Origin: an uncultured Alphaproteobacteria bacterium | Lineage (GTDB): Bacteria; Pseudomonadota; Alphaproteobacteria; Rhizobiales; Xanthobacteraceae | Length of the DNA stretch: 64,000 nucleotides | Direction of reading: 5' to 3' | Assembly: GCA_963721665.1 (NCBI GenBank) | Contig: CAVRJZ010000012.1 | Span: forward strand, 39,157 to 103,156 | Shown here: one piece after another, positions 63,629 to 64,000 of the stretch | Layout of the letters: each line of letters begins with the position of its first letter | Position numbering within the stretch: position 1 is the first letter of the stretch | Translations under genes and position numbers: made by a program | Notes under the pieces: generated by a model | What the model was told of the DNA's origin: nothing | Seen by the model: only the letters and a program-made list of their open reading frames with translations | Databases searched by the model: none

Positions 63629-64000
63629 ATGCCGCTGTCCGCCGAGCCCTTTGCGCCGAAGAAATTCGCAACCGTCATGGGCAGGCGGATGGCCTATGTC
63701 GAGGCCGGCGCCGGCGACGCGGTCGTCTTCCAGCACGGTAATCCGACCTCGTCTTATCTCTGGCGCAACGTCATGCGGCGTTGCGCCGGGTTGAGGCGGC
63801 TCATCGCCTGCGACCTCATCGGCATGGGGGACAGCGACAAGCTCGAGCCTTCCGGAGCGGGCCGCTACACTTACGCCGAACAGCGCGATTATCTGTTTGC
63901 GCTGTGGGATCAGCTCGCGCTCGGCGACAAGGTCGTGCTGGTGCTGCACGACTGGGGCTCGGCGCTCGGCTTCGACTGGGCGGAGCGGAACCCAAAGCGC
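63629..64000 (+). CDS. haloalkane dehalogenase (LinB/DhaA-like), truncated by window end
   Basis: [39 protein letters not shown]; missing from the ORF track. Confidence 0.9.
   Translation, partial: MPLSAEPFAPKKFATVMGRRMAYVEAGAGDAVVFQHGNPTSSYLWRNVMRRCAGLRRLIACDLIGMGDSDKLEPSGAGRYTYAEQRDYLFALWDQLALGDKVVLVLHDWGSALGFDWAERNPKR

Overview
GC-rich chromosomal segment from an alphaproteobacterium, most likely Hyphomicrobiales (Xanthobacteraceae/Pseudolabrys-like; inferred from gene content and order). It is mostly conserved housekeeping sequence: glyQ, ispB, ispE, TPR protein, ETF-QO, UDG, rnhB, PA0069 radical SAM, moaB, ccrM, mutY-DUF721-dsbA-smc, lemA-htpX, apt, mtnP, petABC, trmL, hemF, cca, a MoxR/DUF58/BatA operon and mbfA. 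It ends in a small catabolic cluster (Hyi-like, LeuB/Tdh-like, alpha/beta hydrolase, gentisate dioxygenase, OYE, haloalkane dehalogenase). Many genes in the first ~45 kb carry 1-bp indels, including essential ones. I read these as long-read sequencing errors, so those gene limits are reconstructed across frames and are approximate. No tRNA, rRNA, CRISPR array, transposase, integrase or prophage gene was recognised. The most interesting signals lie outside the ORF track. (1) An apparently non-coding, heavily base-paired ~470-nt minus-strand element (52435-52905) has its own sigma70 promoter, strand-specific G-U pairs and GAAA tetraloops, and is flanked by REP-like palindromes. (2) One palindromic repeat is inserted in frame inside a metallophosphoesterase. 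(3) A peptidoglycan-binding domain is inserted in the TPR protein. (4) A C-rich-loop sRNA has an EcfG-type promoter. (5) Several unannotated 29-48 aa membrane micro-ORFs are present. (6) There are clear CtrA, LexA and Irr boxes.
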